Shown one piece after another: positions 18,963-28,480 of a DNA stretch of 63,153 bases (positions are counted from its first letter, which is position 1; every line of letters begins with the position of its first letter). The DNA lies in contig CAZOSI010000002.1 in NCBI GenBank assembly GCA_964582485.1, forward strand, positions 1 through 63,153. The letters are read 5' to 3'. The notes under the pieces were generated by a model. That model did not search any database. It was not told where the DNA came from and saw nothing but the letters and a program-made list of their open reading frames with translations. This DNA comes from an uncultured Novosphingobium sp. (GTDB taxonomy: Bacteria; Pseudomonadota; Alphaproteobacteria; Sphingomonadales; Sphingomonadaceae). The translations under genes were made by a program, and so were the position numbers.

Positions 18963-20480
18963 TCAGCCGAGCAGATGCTCCCTGGCGATCTTGTCGCGCC
19001 AGACCAGCGGGGCGAGCTGGTGGACATTGTTGCCTTCGCTGTCGACTGCGACAGTGACCGGCATGTCTTCCACCGTGAACTCGTAGATCGCTTCCATCCC
19101 GAGGTCCTCGAAGGCTAGCACCCTGGCCTCGCGGATCGCGCGGCTGACCAGATAGGCCGCACCGCCAACCGCCATCAGGTAAGCTGTCTTGCTGCGGGCG
19201 ATCACTTCGGTTGCGCCCTGGCCGCGCTCGGCTTTGCCGATCATCACCAACAGACCCAGCTCGCACATCATCTCGGTAAACTTGTCCATCCGGGTTGCGG
19301 TGGTGGGGCCGGCCGGGCCGACCACTTCGCCCAAGACCGGGTCAACCGGGCCGACGTAGTAGATCGCGCGGCCCTTGAAATCGACCGGCAGCGCCTCGCC
19401 CTTGGCGAGCATATCCTGGATCCGCTTGTGCGCGGCATCGCGCCCGGTCAGCATCTTGCCGTTCAGCAACAGCCGGTCGCCCTGCTTCCAGCCGCGCACT
19501 TCTTCGGCGCTCAGCGCGTCGAGATTGACCCGCTTGGCCGCCTTGTCCGGGGTCCAATGGACATCGGGCCAATCGTCCAGGTTTGGCTTTTCCAGATAGC
19601 TGGGGCCGGACCCGTCGAGCATGAAGTGGGCGTGGCGGGTTGCGGCGCAATTGGGGATCATCGCCACCGGTTTGCCGGCAGCGTGGCACGGTGCATCGAG
19701 GATCTTGACGTCGAGGATGGTCGATAGCCCGCCCAGCCCCTGGGCGCCGATCCCCAACGCGTTGACCTTGTCAAAGATTTCGATCCGCATCGCCTCGATA
19801 TCGGTCTTGGCCCCGCGCTGTTTGAGCTGGGCCATGTCAATCGGTTCCATAAGCGCCTGCTTGGCCAGCAGCATGCAATGTTCGGCGGTGCCGCCAATCC
19901 CGATCCCCAGCATTCCCGGCGGGCACCAGCCCGCGCCCATCTGCGGCAGCATCTCGATCACCCAGTCCACGATGTTGTCGCTGGGGTTCATCATCTTGAA
20001 CTTCGACTTGTTCTCGCTCCCGCCGCCTTTGGCCGCGACGTCGATCGAAACGGTGTTTCCAGGCACCATGGTGACGTGGAGCACGCACGGGGTATTGTCG
20101 CGGGTGTTGCGGCGGGTGAAGGCCGGATCGGCCAGGACCGAGGCGCGCAGCTTGTTTTCCGGGTGGAGATAGGCCCGGCGCACCCCTTCATCGACCACGT
20201 CCTGCAGCGACAGCTTCGATTCGAGCCGGCACTGCTGGCCCCATTCGACGAAGACATTGACGATGCCGGTGTCCTGACAGATCGGCCGGTGCCCTTCGGC
20301 GCACATCCGGCTGTTGGTCAGGATCTGGGCAATCGCGTCCTTTGCCGCCGGGCCCTGTTCGGCCTCATAAGCATCACCCAGCGCGCGGATATAGTCCATC
20401 GGGTGGAAGTAGCTGATGAACTGCAAGGCATCGGCCACACTTTCGATCAGGTCTTCCTCGCGGATCGTCACCATGTCCAT
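18963..20480 (-). CDS. Class I (Fe-S) fumarate hydratase
   Basis: PICQDTG, KGGGSENK, GWCPPG, PNCAATRH, GRDAAH and GPTTATRM motifs. Confidence 0.94.
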   Translation of the reverse strand: MDMVTIREEDLIESVADALQFISYFHPMDYIRALGDAYEAEQGPAAKDAIAQILTNSRMCAEGHRPICQDTGIVNVFVEWGQQCRLESKLSLQDVVDEGVRRAYLHPENKLRASVLADPAFTRRNTRDNTPCVLHVTMVPGNTVSIDVAAKGGGSENKSKFKMMNPSDNIVDWVIEMLPQMGAGWCPPGMLGIGIGGTAEHCMLLAKQALMEPIDMAQLKQRGAKTDIEAMRIEIFDKVNALGIGAQGLGGLSTILDVKILDAPCHAAGKPVAMIPNCAATRHAHFMLDGSGPSYLEKPNLDDWPDVHWTPDKAAKRVNLDALSAEEVRGWKQGDRLLLNGKMLTGRDAAHKRIQDMLAKGEALPVDFKGRAIYYVGPVDPVLGEVVGPAGPTTATRMDKFTEMMCELGLLVMIGKAERGQGATEVIARSKTAYLMAVGGAAYLVSRAIREARVLAFEDLGMEAIYEFTVEDMPVTVAVDSEGNNVHQLAPLVWRDKIAREHLLG

Positions 20481-20597
20481 GCTCTGCCTCATCGGTTCGG
20501 AGTGGGTCCTTGCCGCCCCATAGGCCCGCAAATGCCCTGCCGTCAAAGCACTTGGCGCTTGGCGGCAGTTCCCCTAAGGAGCGAAGGAATTGCGTTA

Positions 20598-20619
20598 CTG
20601 TATTGCTTGTGCAATACAG
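20598..20619. promoter_or_regulatory. Palindromic operator CTGTATTGC-N4-GCAATACAG
   Basis: Perfect 9-bp arms ending 17 bp before the pcm-like start; core TGTATT-N8-AATACA. Confidence 0.65.
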
Positions 20620-20635
20620 CCTGCCAGAGGCCCCC

Positions 20636-21244
20636 ATGACCCTAGCCACCAAGACCATTTCCGCCCAGCCCGAAGCGTCCTCCGCCGCGCGCCGGGCGAT
20701 GATCGACAGCCAGCTGCGCGTATCGGGGATCAATCAGGACTGGCTGCTGGCCCGCTTTGCCCGTGTTGCGCGCGAGGATTTCGTGCCCATCGAAGCCCGT
20801 GGCCATGCCTATATCGACCGCGCGATCCCGGCCGCGAACGGCCGCGCGATCCCGGCTCCGCTGGCCCAGGCGATGCTGCTGGCCGAAGCCGCCCCGCAGG
20901 CCGGTGACAAGGTGCTGGTGATCAGCGACAGTGGCTATCTGGCGGCATTGGTCGAACCGCTGGTGCAGTCGGTCGAAACCGTGGATGCAAATGCGGCGCT
21001 GGCCCTGCAATCGGCAGATAGCTTCACGCTGATCCTGATTGACGGTGCGGCCGCGCAGGTTCCTGCAAACCTGACAAAGGCTCTGGCCGATGGCGGGCGC
21101 GTGGTGGCGGGTCTGGCCGAACGCGGGGTGACTCGCCTCGCGGCTGGTACGAAGCAAGGCGGTGCGGTGGTCCTGACCCCCAACGCTGACGTGGGTTTCC
21201 CGGTGCTGAGCGAATTCGCCGCACCCAAGGCTTGGAGTTTCTGA
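20636..21244 (+). CDS. Protein-L-isoaspartate O-methyltransferase-like protein (degenerate)
   Basis: ARRAMIDSQLR, VAREDFVP..AYIDRAI, ILIDGA, LADGGRVV; sits upstream of tolC and popZ. Confidence 0.8.
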   Translation: MTLATKTISAQPEASSAARRAMIDSQLRVSGINQDWLLARFARVAREDFVPIEARGHAYIDRAIPAANGRAIPAPLAQAMLLAEAAPQAGDKVLVISDSGYLAALVEPLVQSVETVDANAALALQSADSFTLILIDGAAAQVPANLTKALADGGRVVAGLAERGVTRLAAGTKQGGAVVLTPNADVGFPVLSEFAAPKAWSF

Positions 21245-21248
21245 CCGG

Positions 21249-22694
21249 ATGGCTAGTCCCAGTGGTTCAAGGATCGCGCGCCACGCGCTGATTGCGGGCA
21301 TGGTGGCCATGGTCACAGCCCCGGTGCTGGCGGACGATCTGCGCGAAGCGCTGGTCATGGCCTATAACACCAACCCGAGCCTGCAGGCCGCCCGGGCCCA
21401 GCAGCGCGCCATCGATGAAGGCGTGCCGATCGCCAGATCGGCCGGTCTACCGTCGGTATCCGGCACCGCGACCTACAGCGAATTTGTTGAAGGCAGCAGC
21501 AGCAACCCGCTCGCACCAGACCGCAATTTCGATGCCTCGCTCAACCTCGGCATGCCGCTCTATGCCGGGGGCGGGATCCGCAATTCGATCCGCGCCGCCG
21601 AAACCCGGGTCGATGCCGGCCGGGCCGATCTGCGCGGCGTGGAAAGCGGTTTGTTCAGCCGTGTCGTCGCGGTCTACATGGACGTGATCCTGGCAGAAGC
21701 CGTGGTCAAATTGAACCGCGCCAACGTCCAGCGGCTGGAAGTCAACCTGCAGGCGACCAGGGACCGGTTCGAGATCGGCGATCTGACCCGCACCGACGTG
21801 GCCCAGTCGCAAAGCCGGCTGGCGCTGGCCCAGGGCCAGACCCGCAACGCCGAAGCCAATCTGATTACCGCGCGCGAGCGCTATATTCAGGTGGTCGGCA
21901 AGGCCCCGCAGAACCTCGCCTCTCCGCCGCCCTTGGTTGGTCTGCCGGGCAATGCCGATGAAGCCGTGGCGATCGCGCTTGAATCCAATCCCGATCTGAT
22001 CGCCGCGCGGCAGCGCTCGCGCGCGGCCGGTTACGATACCGCATCCACCAACGCGCGGCGCCTGCCGCAGGTCTCGGTCTTTGCCAGCAGCGGCTACAAC
22101 GATTTCCTCGGCTCCAACAAAATTCCGGGATCGGCGCAAAGCACGGCCGATACGACGGTAGGTGTCCGAGCGACGGTACCGCTTTACCAGGGCGGACTGC
22201 CCTCTGCGCAAAAGCGTCAGGCCCAGGCCCGCGAAAGTGCGACGCTTGAACAGGAAATCGGGATCGAGCGCGAAGTGATCGCTTCGGTTCGCGCGGCCTT
22301 TGCCCAGTGGCAGGCGGCGCAATCGCTGATCGCCAGTTCGCAGACTGCGGTCGATGCTGCCGAGCTGGGGCTTGAAGGCGTCCGCGCCGAAAATTCGGTT
22401 GGCAACCGCACGATTCTCGACATCCTCAACGCCGAGAACGAGCTGCTCAACGCCCAGGTTCAGCTGGTTACGGCCAAGCGCAATGCCTATGTCGCCGGCT
22501 TCAACCTGCTGGCCGCGATTGGCAAGGCCGAGGCCCGCGATCTCGGGCTCGATGGCGGCACGCTTTATGATCCCGCTGCCAACTATCGGAACGCAAAGGG
22601 TTCGTTCTTTGACTGGAACGACAGCCCTGATCCCAAACCGAGCGCGACACGAACCGTTGACACTAAGGCGCAGGACGGTTCAGTAACCCCTTAG
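21249..22694 (+). CDS. TolC family outer membrane protein
   Basis: Signal peptide, AYNTNPSLQA, RDRFEIGDLTRTDVAQ, VGNRTILDILNAE. Confidence 0.92.
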   Translation: MASPSGSRIARHALIAGMVAMVTAPVLADDLREALVMAYNTNPSLQAARAQQRAIDEGVPIARSAGLPSVSGTATYSEFVEGSSSNPLAPDRNFDASLNLGMPLYAGGGIRNSIRAAETRVDAGRADLRGVESGLFSRVVAVYMDVILAEAVVKLNRANVQRLEVNLQATRDRFEIGDLTRTDVAQSQSRLALAQGQTRNAEANLITARERYIQVVGKAPQNLASPPPLVGLPGNADEAVAIALESNPDLIAARQRSRAAGYDTASTNARRLPQVSVFASSGYNDFLGSNKIPGSAQSTADTTVGVRATVPLYQGGLPSAQKRQAQARESATLEQEIGIEREVIASVRAAFAQWQAAQSLIASSQTAVDAAELGLEGVRAENSVGNRTILDILNAENELLNAQVQLVTAKRNAYVAGFNLLAAIGKAEARDLGLDGGTLYDPAANYRNAKGSFFDWNDSPDPKPSATRTVDTKAQDGSVTP

Positions 22695-22736
22695 CGATTC
22701 TGTCCCGCTGCGGGACGGCTTGGGGATTATTGGGCA

Positions 22737-23186
22737 ATGCGCCAGGCTGGTGAACCTTCGGTCGAGGAAATCCTCGAATCGATCAAGAAAGTGATCGCGC
22801 GCGACAATCGCGCGGTGGCGGATGAACCCGCCGCGCGCACGGTATCGGCCGTGGCGCCGGTGGAACCTCAAACCGAAGACGACGATGACGTGCTTGATCT
22901 CAATTCGATCGGCCAGCGAATCGAAGACGAGGCGGTGGCTGAGGATGCCCCGCTGTTGCCAAGTGACACAATCAGCTCGATCAGCGAATCGCTTGCCGCG
23001 CTGGCGGTCATGGCCGAACCGCGCGCCGCCCCCCAGATTGTCCGCTCGGGTGAAACCTCGCTCGAAGGGTTGACCCGCGAATTGCTGCGCCCAGCCCTGG
23101 CCGAATGGCTCGACAAGAACCTGCCGCCGCTGGTCGAACGGATGGTTGCGGCCGAAATCGCGCGGATCGTCGGCAAGAAAGGCTAG
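22737..23186 (+). CDS. popZ: PopZ/DUF2497 pole-organizing protein
   Basis: EPSVEEILESIKKVI N-terminal helix, acidic linker, SLEGLTRELLRPALAEWLDKNLPPLVERMV C-terminus. Confidence 0.88.
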   Translation: MRQAGEPSVEEILESIKKVIARDNRAVADEPAARTVSAVAPVEPQTEDDDDVLDLNSIGQRIEDEAVAEDAPLLPSDTISSISESLAALAVMAEPRAAPQIVRSGETSLEGLTRELLRPALAEWLDKNLPPLVERMVAAEIARIVGKKG

Positions 23187-23219
23187 GCCTGCCGCGCCGT
23201 CCGCGCTAATCGTGCGGAC

Positions 23220-25325
23220 ATGAAGCATCCTGCCATTGCGCTTGGCGCGCTCGCCCTTTCCCTGATCGCCACGCCTGCCGCCGCACAGACCGCGCTGCGG
23301 GCGATGACCCCGGAAGACTTGATCACTTTGAAGCGGGTCGGCGCGCCAGCTGCCTCGCCGGATGGCGCCTGGGTGGTATTCCAGCAGACCGACACCGATC
23401 CCGCCAGTTACAAGCGCGCGACCGGGCTTTGGCGGGTTCCGGCCAAGGGCGGCGCGGCCGAGCGGATTGCCGATCTGGCCGATGCGGGTGAGAACAGCCC
23501 AGCCTTTAGCCCTGATGGCAAACGGCTCTATTTCATTTCCGACAAGAGCGGCAAGGACCAGGTCTGGTTCGTCGATCTGGCCGCGCCAGGAGCTATCCCG
23601 GTTCAGGCCAGCGATTTCAAGGCTGATGTTTCAGGGTTCAAGCTTTCCCCGGATGGCAAACGGATCCTGGTCTGGGGCGATGTCGCGCGCGAATGCCCGA
23701 CGCTGGGCTGCGACAGCAGCGGTGATAGCAGCCAGCCTGGTCCCGGCAGCGCCCGCCACTACAAGCATGGTACTGGCTTCGTCAGGCACTGGGACAGCTG
23801 GGAGACCCCCGGCAACTACAGCCGCGGCTTTGCCCTGGATCTGGGCGTGGATGGCAAGGTTGCGGGCAATCCGGTCTCGCTCGACGGTCCGGTTGGAACC
23901 CTGACCGGCGATACCCCGTCAAAGCCGATGGGCGGAGGTGAGGAACTGGCCTGGGCGGCGGATTCGAACAGTGTGTTCTTTGCTGCGCGCCAGGCCGATG
24001 CCAAAGAGCCACTCTCGACCAACCTTGATGTCTGGCACGCGATGCTGGACGGCAAGGCACCGCACAGCCCGACCAAGGGCAATCTGGCAACCGATACGCT
24101 CCCCACTCCTTCACCGGACGGCAAATGGCTGGCCTGGGTGGCCATGGCCCGGGCTGGTTATGAGAGCGACCGCCAGGTCGTCCATGTCATGAATCTCGCT
24201 ACGCACGAAAAGCGCGCTTTGACTGCGGGCTGGGATCGCTCAGCCGGATCACTGGCCTGGACACCGGATTCAAAAGCGCTGATCGTTACCGCCGAAGAGA
24301 CACTCGATACTCCGGCCTTCCGGGTCGAACTGGCCAGCGGCAAGGTCACCCGCCTTGCGCTCGCCCCCAAGGGGATGAGCGAAGGCCATATTGCCAATGT
24401 CACCCCGCTGGCGAATGGCGCGATTCTCTATACGCGTGACAGTGTCTCGGCCCCGGCCGAAGTTTGGATTGCCGAAAAGGGCAAAGCGCCGCGGCCGCTG
24501 ACCCATGCCAACGAGGCGCAGCTTGCCGCGCTGGTTCCGCTCAAGAGTGAGCGGTTCAGCTTCAAGGGTGCGGGCGGCGACCCGGTCTGGGGCCAGGTGC
24601 ACATGCCTGCCAATGCCACTGGCAAGTTGCCGGTCCTGCTGTTTGTCCACGGCGGCCCGCAGGGTTCGTTCGGCGATGGCTGGTCGTTCCGGTGGAACCC
24701 CCGCATTTTCGCGAGTCAGGGCTATGCCGTGGTCTCGATCGATTTCCATGGCAGCACCGGTTACGGCCAGGCCTTTACCGATTCGATCAACCAGGACTGG
24801 GGCGGCAAGCCGCTTGAAGACCTCAAGCGTGGTCTCGAAGCCGCACTGGCCTTGCGTCCGCAGCTCGATGGCAGCAGGGCCTGCGCGCTGGGCGCTAGCT
24901 ATGGCGGCTACATGATGAACTGGATCGAGGGGCAATGGCCCGAACGGTTCAAGTGCCTGGTCAATCACAATGGTGTGTTCGATGCCCGGGCCATGGCCTA
25001 TTCGACCGAGGAGCTATGGTTCAATGAATGGGAGCACGGCGGCAAGCCTTACTATGAGGATTCCGCTGCTTACGAAAAGTGGAACCCCGCGAACCATGTC
25101 GCCAAATGGCAGACCCCGATGCTGGTTGTGCTGGGCGAAAAGGACTTCCGCATTCCCTACAGCCAGGGTCTGGGCGCCTTCACCGCGTTGCAGCGCAAAG
25201 GCGTGGAAGCCGAATTGCTGGTCTTCCCGGATGAGAATCACTGGGTGCTCAAGCCCAAGAATTCGCTGCAATGGCACCGGACAGTGCTCGGCTGGCTCGA
25301 TCGTTGGCTAAAGGCACCGAAATAG
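23220..25325 (+). CDS. Secreted S9 family peptidase (beta-propeller plus alpha/beta hydrolase)
   Basis: SPDG repeats, HGGPQ, GASYGG nucleophile, D(FRI), ENHW. Confidence 0.92.
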   Translation: MKHPAIALGALALSLIATPAAAQTALRAMTPEDLITLKRVGAPAASPDGAWVVFQQTDTDPASYKRATGLWRVPAKGGAAERIADLADAGENSPAFSPDGKRLYFISDKSGKDQVWFVDLAAPGAIPVQASDFKADVSGFKLSPDGKRILVWGDVARECPTLGCDSSGDSSQPGPGSARHYKHGTGFVRHWDSWETPGNYSRGFALDLGVDGKVAGNPVSLDGPVGTLTGDTPSKPMGGGEELAWAADSNSVFFAARQADAKEPLSTNLDVWHAMLDGKAPHSPTKGNLATDTLPTPSPDGKWLAWVAMARAGYESDRQVVHVMNLATHEKRALTAGWDRSAGSLAWTPDSKALIVTAEETLDTPAFRVELASGKVTRLALAPKGMSEGHIANVTPLANGAILYTRDSVSAPAEVWIAEKGKAPRPLTHANEAQLAALVPLKSERFSFKGAGGDPVWGQVHMPANATGKLPVLLFVHGGPQGSFGDGWSFRWNPRIFASQGYAVVSIDFHGSTGYGQAFTDSINQDWGGKPLEDLKRGLEAALALRPQLDGSRACALGASYGGYMMNWIEGQWPERFKCLVNHNGVFDARAMAYSTEELWFNEWEHGGKPYYEDSAAYEKWNPANHVAKWQTPMLVVLGEKDFRIPYSQGLGAFTALQRKGVEAELLVFPDENHWVLKPKNSLQWHRTVLGWLDRWLKAPK

Positions 25326-25329
25326 GCCG

Positions 25330-25767
25330 ATGGGAAAGCCCGAAGCAGCGCTGCTAGATACGGCGCGCTATCCCTTTGCCCACGTGATCACCACGCGGTT
25401 TGCCGATATCGATCCCAACCAGCATCTCAACAATGTGGCGCTGGCCGCGATGATGGAAGACGCCCGGGTGCGCTTCAACATGGGCATGGGGGGCGCGATT
25501 CGGATCGGCGAACGCCGGGCCATGGTTGCCAGCGTGGCGGTGGAATATCTCAGCCAGGGCCACTTCCCGGATCCGGTAACGGTTCATTGCGCGGTCGAGC
25601 GGATCGGCAATTCAAGCTGGAGCGTGGTGCAGTTGCTGGTCCAGAACGGTCGGCCGGTGGCCTTCGCCCGCTCGGCTCTGGTGGCGATCGCCGATGATCG
25701 CCCGGCCCCGATTGCCGAGGAATACCGTGCCATTTTGGCGGAGTGGAGCCTGCGGCATGAGCCTTGA
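25330..25767 (+). CDS. Acyl-CoA thioesterase (hotdog fold)
   Basis: [22 protein letters not shown]. Confidence 0.85.
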   Translation: MGKPEAALLDTARYPFAHVITTRFADIDPNQHLNNVALAAMMEDARVRFNMGMGGAIRIGERRAMVASVAVEYLSQGHFPDPVTVHCAVERIGNSSWSVVQLLVQNGRPVAFARSALVAIADDRPAPIAEEYRAILAEWSLRHEP

Positions 25768-26143
25768 CCCCGCAGAGCTGGCCCGCGCCCGGGCCGCGCT
25801 CGCCACCAATGGCGGCGAATCCACCCGCCGGCACATCTTTCTTTGTGCAGAAGCACAGAAAGGCGAATGCTGTTCGTCCGCCGTCGGCGCACCAGCTTGG
25901 AAATTCCTCAAAAAGCGGCTCAAGGAACTGAACCTCGACCGTGACGGCGGGGTCGCCCGGACCAAGGCCGATTGCTTCAAGATCTGCGCCGCCGGGCCGG
26001 TTGCCGTGGTCTATCCCGAGGGGGTCTGGTACCATTCGGCAACCGAGCCGGTGCTGGAACGGATCATCCAGGAGCATTTGGTCGGCGGCGTTCCGGTCGA
26101 GGAATTCCGGCTCTATCCTGCCGAACGCGCCTCGCCCGCCTGA
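25757..26143 (+). CDS. Thioredoxin-like [2Fe-2S] ferredoxin
   Basis: [32 protein letters not shown]. Confidence 0.88.
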   Translation: MSLDPAELARARAALATNGGESTRRHIFLCAEAQKGECCSSAVGAPAWKFLKKRLKELNLDRDGGVARTKADCFKICAAGPVAVVYPEGVWYHSATEPVLERIIQEHLVGGVPVEEFRLYPAERASPA

Positions 26144-26164
26144 GGGCGCAAACCGCCCATAAGC

Positions 26165-26572
26165 CTAACGCCCGCGCAGCGCGGCGACGCAGGATGCGCG
26201 ATCGACATCCTGACCGTCGCTGGCGCGGCGCGCCTCGACATAGGTCGCCTCGGGCTCGCGCCCCGGTGCGGCGGGATAGAGGAAGACATCTAGCACGCAG
26301 GGTTGGCCGGTGAACTGCAGCTTGCGGGCATCGCCTTCCCAAACATCGAGCCGGGCCGGGCCGAACTGGTCAATCAAATCTTGCGCTCGCGCCCCGACAA
26401 CGCCTTCCAGTCCTGGGCCGGCAATAACCCGCGGTTTGGGCGGCGGGCTATGGCCGGGCGCGCGGATCGGGGCCTTGACCGGGGACTTGGGCGCAGGGCT
26501 GACCGTCCCGCCCGAAGCACAGGCAGACAGCAGGAGGCCAAAGCCGAGGGAGAAAATCAGGCGCACGGTCAT
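26165..26572 (-). CDS. Putative lipoprotein
   Basis: Lipobox LLSAC, Pro-rich linker, FGPARLDVWEGDARKLQF domain. Confidence 0.75.
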   Translation of the reverse strand: MTVRLIFSLGFGLLLSACASGGTVSPAPKSPVKAPIRAPGHSPPPKPRVIAGPGLEGVVGARAQDLIDQFGPARLDVWEGDARKLQFTGQPCVLDVFLYPAAPGREPEATYVEARRASDGQDVDRASCVAALRGR

Positions 26573-27240
26573 AGGCTTGGCGCCCCCTTGCGATGAATAA
26601 GGTGGACCGCGCAAGCCGCGCCGAGGAACGGTGCGATGAAGTTCGCCACAGGCACGGTGAGCAGAAGCGCAACCACCCCGCCCAGGCCAAGCCGTTCCAG
26701 TCCCGATAACGGCGGAGGGCTGTCCGGCCCAGGGCGGTGGCGCAACCAGACCATGTCCTGCAACTCGCGTCCGAGCAAAACCGCGTTGACCAAAAGGAAT
26801 ACCAGTGGTGCGCCGACCCCAGTGATTGCCAGCACCAGCGCCACCGGCAGCGCAAGCAGGTTGTACAGCAGCGCGCGGCCTGCCCCGGCCAGCGCGCGGC
26901 GCGCCTCCTCGGCCAGGCCCAGCTTGCGAGCGCTGGCAGCCATGTCGGGATAGTCGCGCCGCTCGACTGCCAGAACCACTTCGTCGGCGAAGAATTGCAG
27001 CACCGCCAGTGCGATGATCCGCCACAGCAGCCAACCGGCCAGTGCCAGGATCAGCACAGCCGCCAGCTGCTCCAGACCGTCGGCCTCGCCATAGCGGGCC
27101 AACAGCCAGATCAGGCCATGCCAGCCGGCAAAGCCCAGAGCTGCGAAAACCAGCAGGGTCACGGCCAGGCTTTTCAGCCAGATCGCCAGGATCCGGCGAT
27201 CAGCCAGACGGGTCAGGGCCAGGGCAAAAGCATGCAGCAT
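26569..27240 (-). CDS. EI24/CysZ-like membrane protein
   Basis: FFADEVVLAVERRDYP, NAVLLGRE, VPVANFIAP. Confidence 0.78.
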   Translation of the reverse strand: MLHAFALALTRLADRRILAIWLKSLAVTLLVFAALGFAGWHGLIWLLARYGEADGLEQLAAVLILALAGWLLWRIIALAVLQFFADEVVLAVERRDYPDMAASARKLGLAEEARRALAGAGRALLYNLLALPVALVLAITGVGAPLVFLLVNAVLLGRELQDMVWLRHRPGPDSPPPLSGLERLGLGGVVALLLTVPVANFIAPFLGAACAVHLIHRKGAPSL

Positions 27241-27346
27241 CGCGGCGGGATCGCCTGCCCTTGCCGCGCTGTCAACGCCGCTTCCCAGATCAGGCAAAAG
27301 CGGCTAGGCGCGGCGCTCATTTTTCAACCGTTTCAGGGGTCCCTCC

Positions 27347-28342
27347 ATGTCCAAGCCGTCCACCCAGGTCATCGCAATCGGCAATGCGATCGTCGATGTC
27401 ATGGCCCCGTGCGAGGATGCGCTGATCGAACAGTTCGGGATGACCCGTGGGGGAATGACCCTGATCGATACGGCCCGGGCCCATGACCTTTACGATGCAA
27501 TGGGCCCGGCACGTGAAATTTCAGGTGGATCGGCGGCGAACACTCTGGCCGGGCTTGCCGCCCTCGGAGCCAGCTGTGCATTCATCGGTCAGGTCGCCGA
27601 CGATCAGCTGGGAGAGGTATTCGCGCACGATATCCGCGCCGGCGGGATCCGCTTCGATACGCCCGCCCGGGCCGGCGATCCGCCGACCGCGCGCTGCCTG
27701 ATCTTCGTTACCCCTGATGGCCAGCGAACCATGAACACGTTTCTCGGCGCATCGCAGTTCCTGCCGCCGGCCGCGCTTGACGAAGCCGCAATCCAGAATG
27801 CCGAAGTGCTCTATCTTGAAGGCTATCTGTGGGATCCGGAAGAGCCGCGCGCAGCGATGCGCCGGGCGATCGCGGCAGCGCGCGGAGCTGGCCGCAAAGT
27901 GGCCTTCACCCTGTCCGACGCCTTTGTGATCGATCGCCACGGAGACGATTTTCGGGCGATGATCGCGGCTGGCGAGATTGACATCCTGTTCGCCAACCAT
28001 GTCGAACTGGCGGCGCTGACTGGTCGGGATGATTTCCATGACGGGATCGCCGCACTGCAGGATCAGGTGCCGCTGCTGGTCGTGACCCGCAGCGAGCACG
28101 GCGCAGTCGCCGCGGCCGGCGGAGAGCTTTACGAAGTTCCGGCCGAACGGGTCGCGCGGGTGGTCGATACGACCGGCGCCGGGGACCTGTTTGCAGCAGG
28201 GTTCCTCTTTGGTCACGTCAACGGTCGTCCGGTGACCGAATGCCTGACGCTTGGAGCGATTTGTGCGGCGGAAATCATCTCGCACTATGGAGCCCGGCCC
28301 GAAGCGGACCTCAAGGATCTGGCGGCGCGCCTGCTGGGTTGA
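27347..28342 (+). CDS. PfkB family carbohydrate/adenosine kinase
   Basis: IGNAIVD, GGSAANT, RTMNTFLGA, DTTGAGDLF. Confidence 0.9.
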   Translation: MSKPSTQVIAIGNAIVDVMAPCEDALIEQFGMTRGGMTLIDTARAHDLYDAMGPAREISGGSAANTLAGLAALGASCAFIGQVADDQLGEVFAHDIRAGGIRFDTPARAGDPPTARCLIFVTPDGQRTMNTFLGASQFLPPAALDEAAIQNAEVLYLEGYLWDPEEPRAAMRRAIAAARGAGRKVAFTLSDAFVIDRHGDDFRAMIAAGEIDILFANHVELAALTGRDDFHDGIAALQDQVPLLVVTRSEHGAVAAAGGELYEVPAERVARVVDTTGAGDLFAAGFLFGHVNGRPVTECLTLGAICAAEIISHYGARPEADLKDLAARLLG

Positions 28343-28480
28343 ACCTTTGTTTGGGGGCCCTGGACTATGGCGCAAAGGCAATAAGTAAAGATTCGTTTTC
28401 CACAGGTTTATCAACTAAGCTCGACCCTGCGGGTGATTCGCGATTGCACACAAGATGCAGCGCAAACCGGGGGCCAGGTC

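Noticed and set aside
23220-25325. S9 peptidase as the lasso isopeptidase
   Set aside because: About 31 kb away in a housekeeping context; looks like a generic secreted dipeptidyl/acylaminoacyl peptidase.
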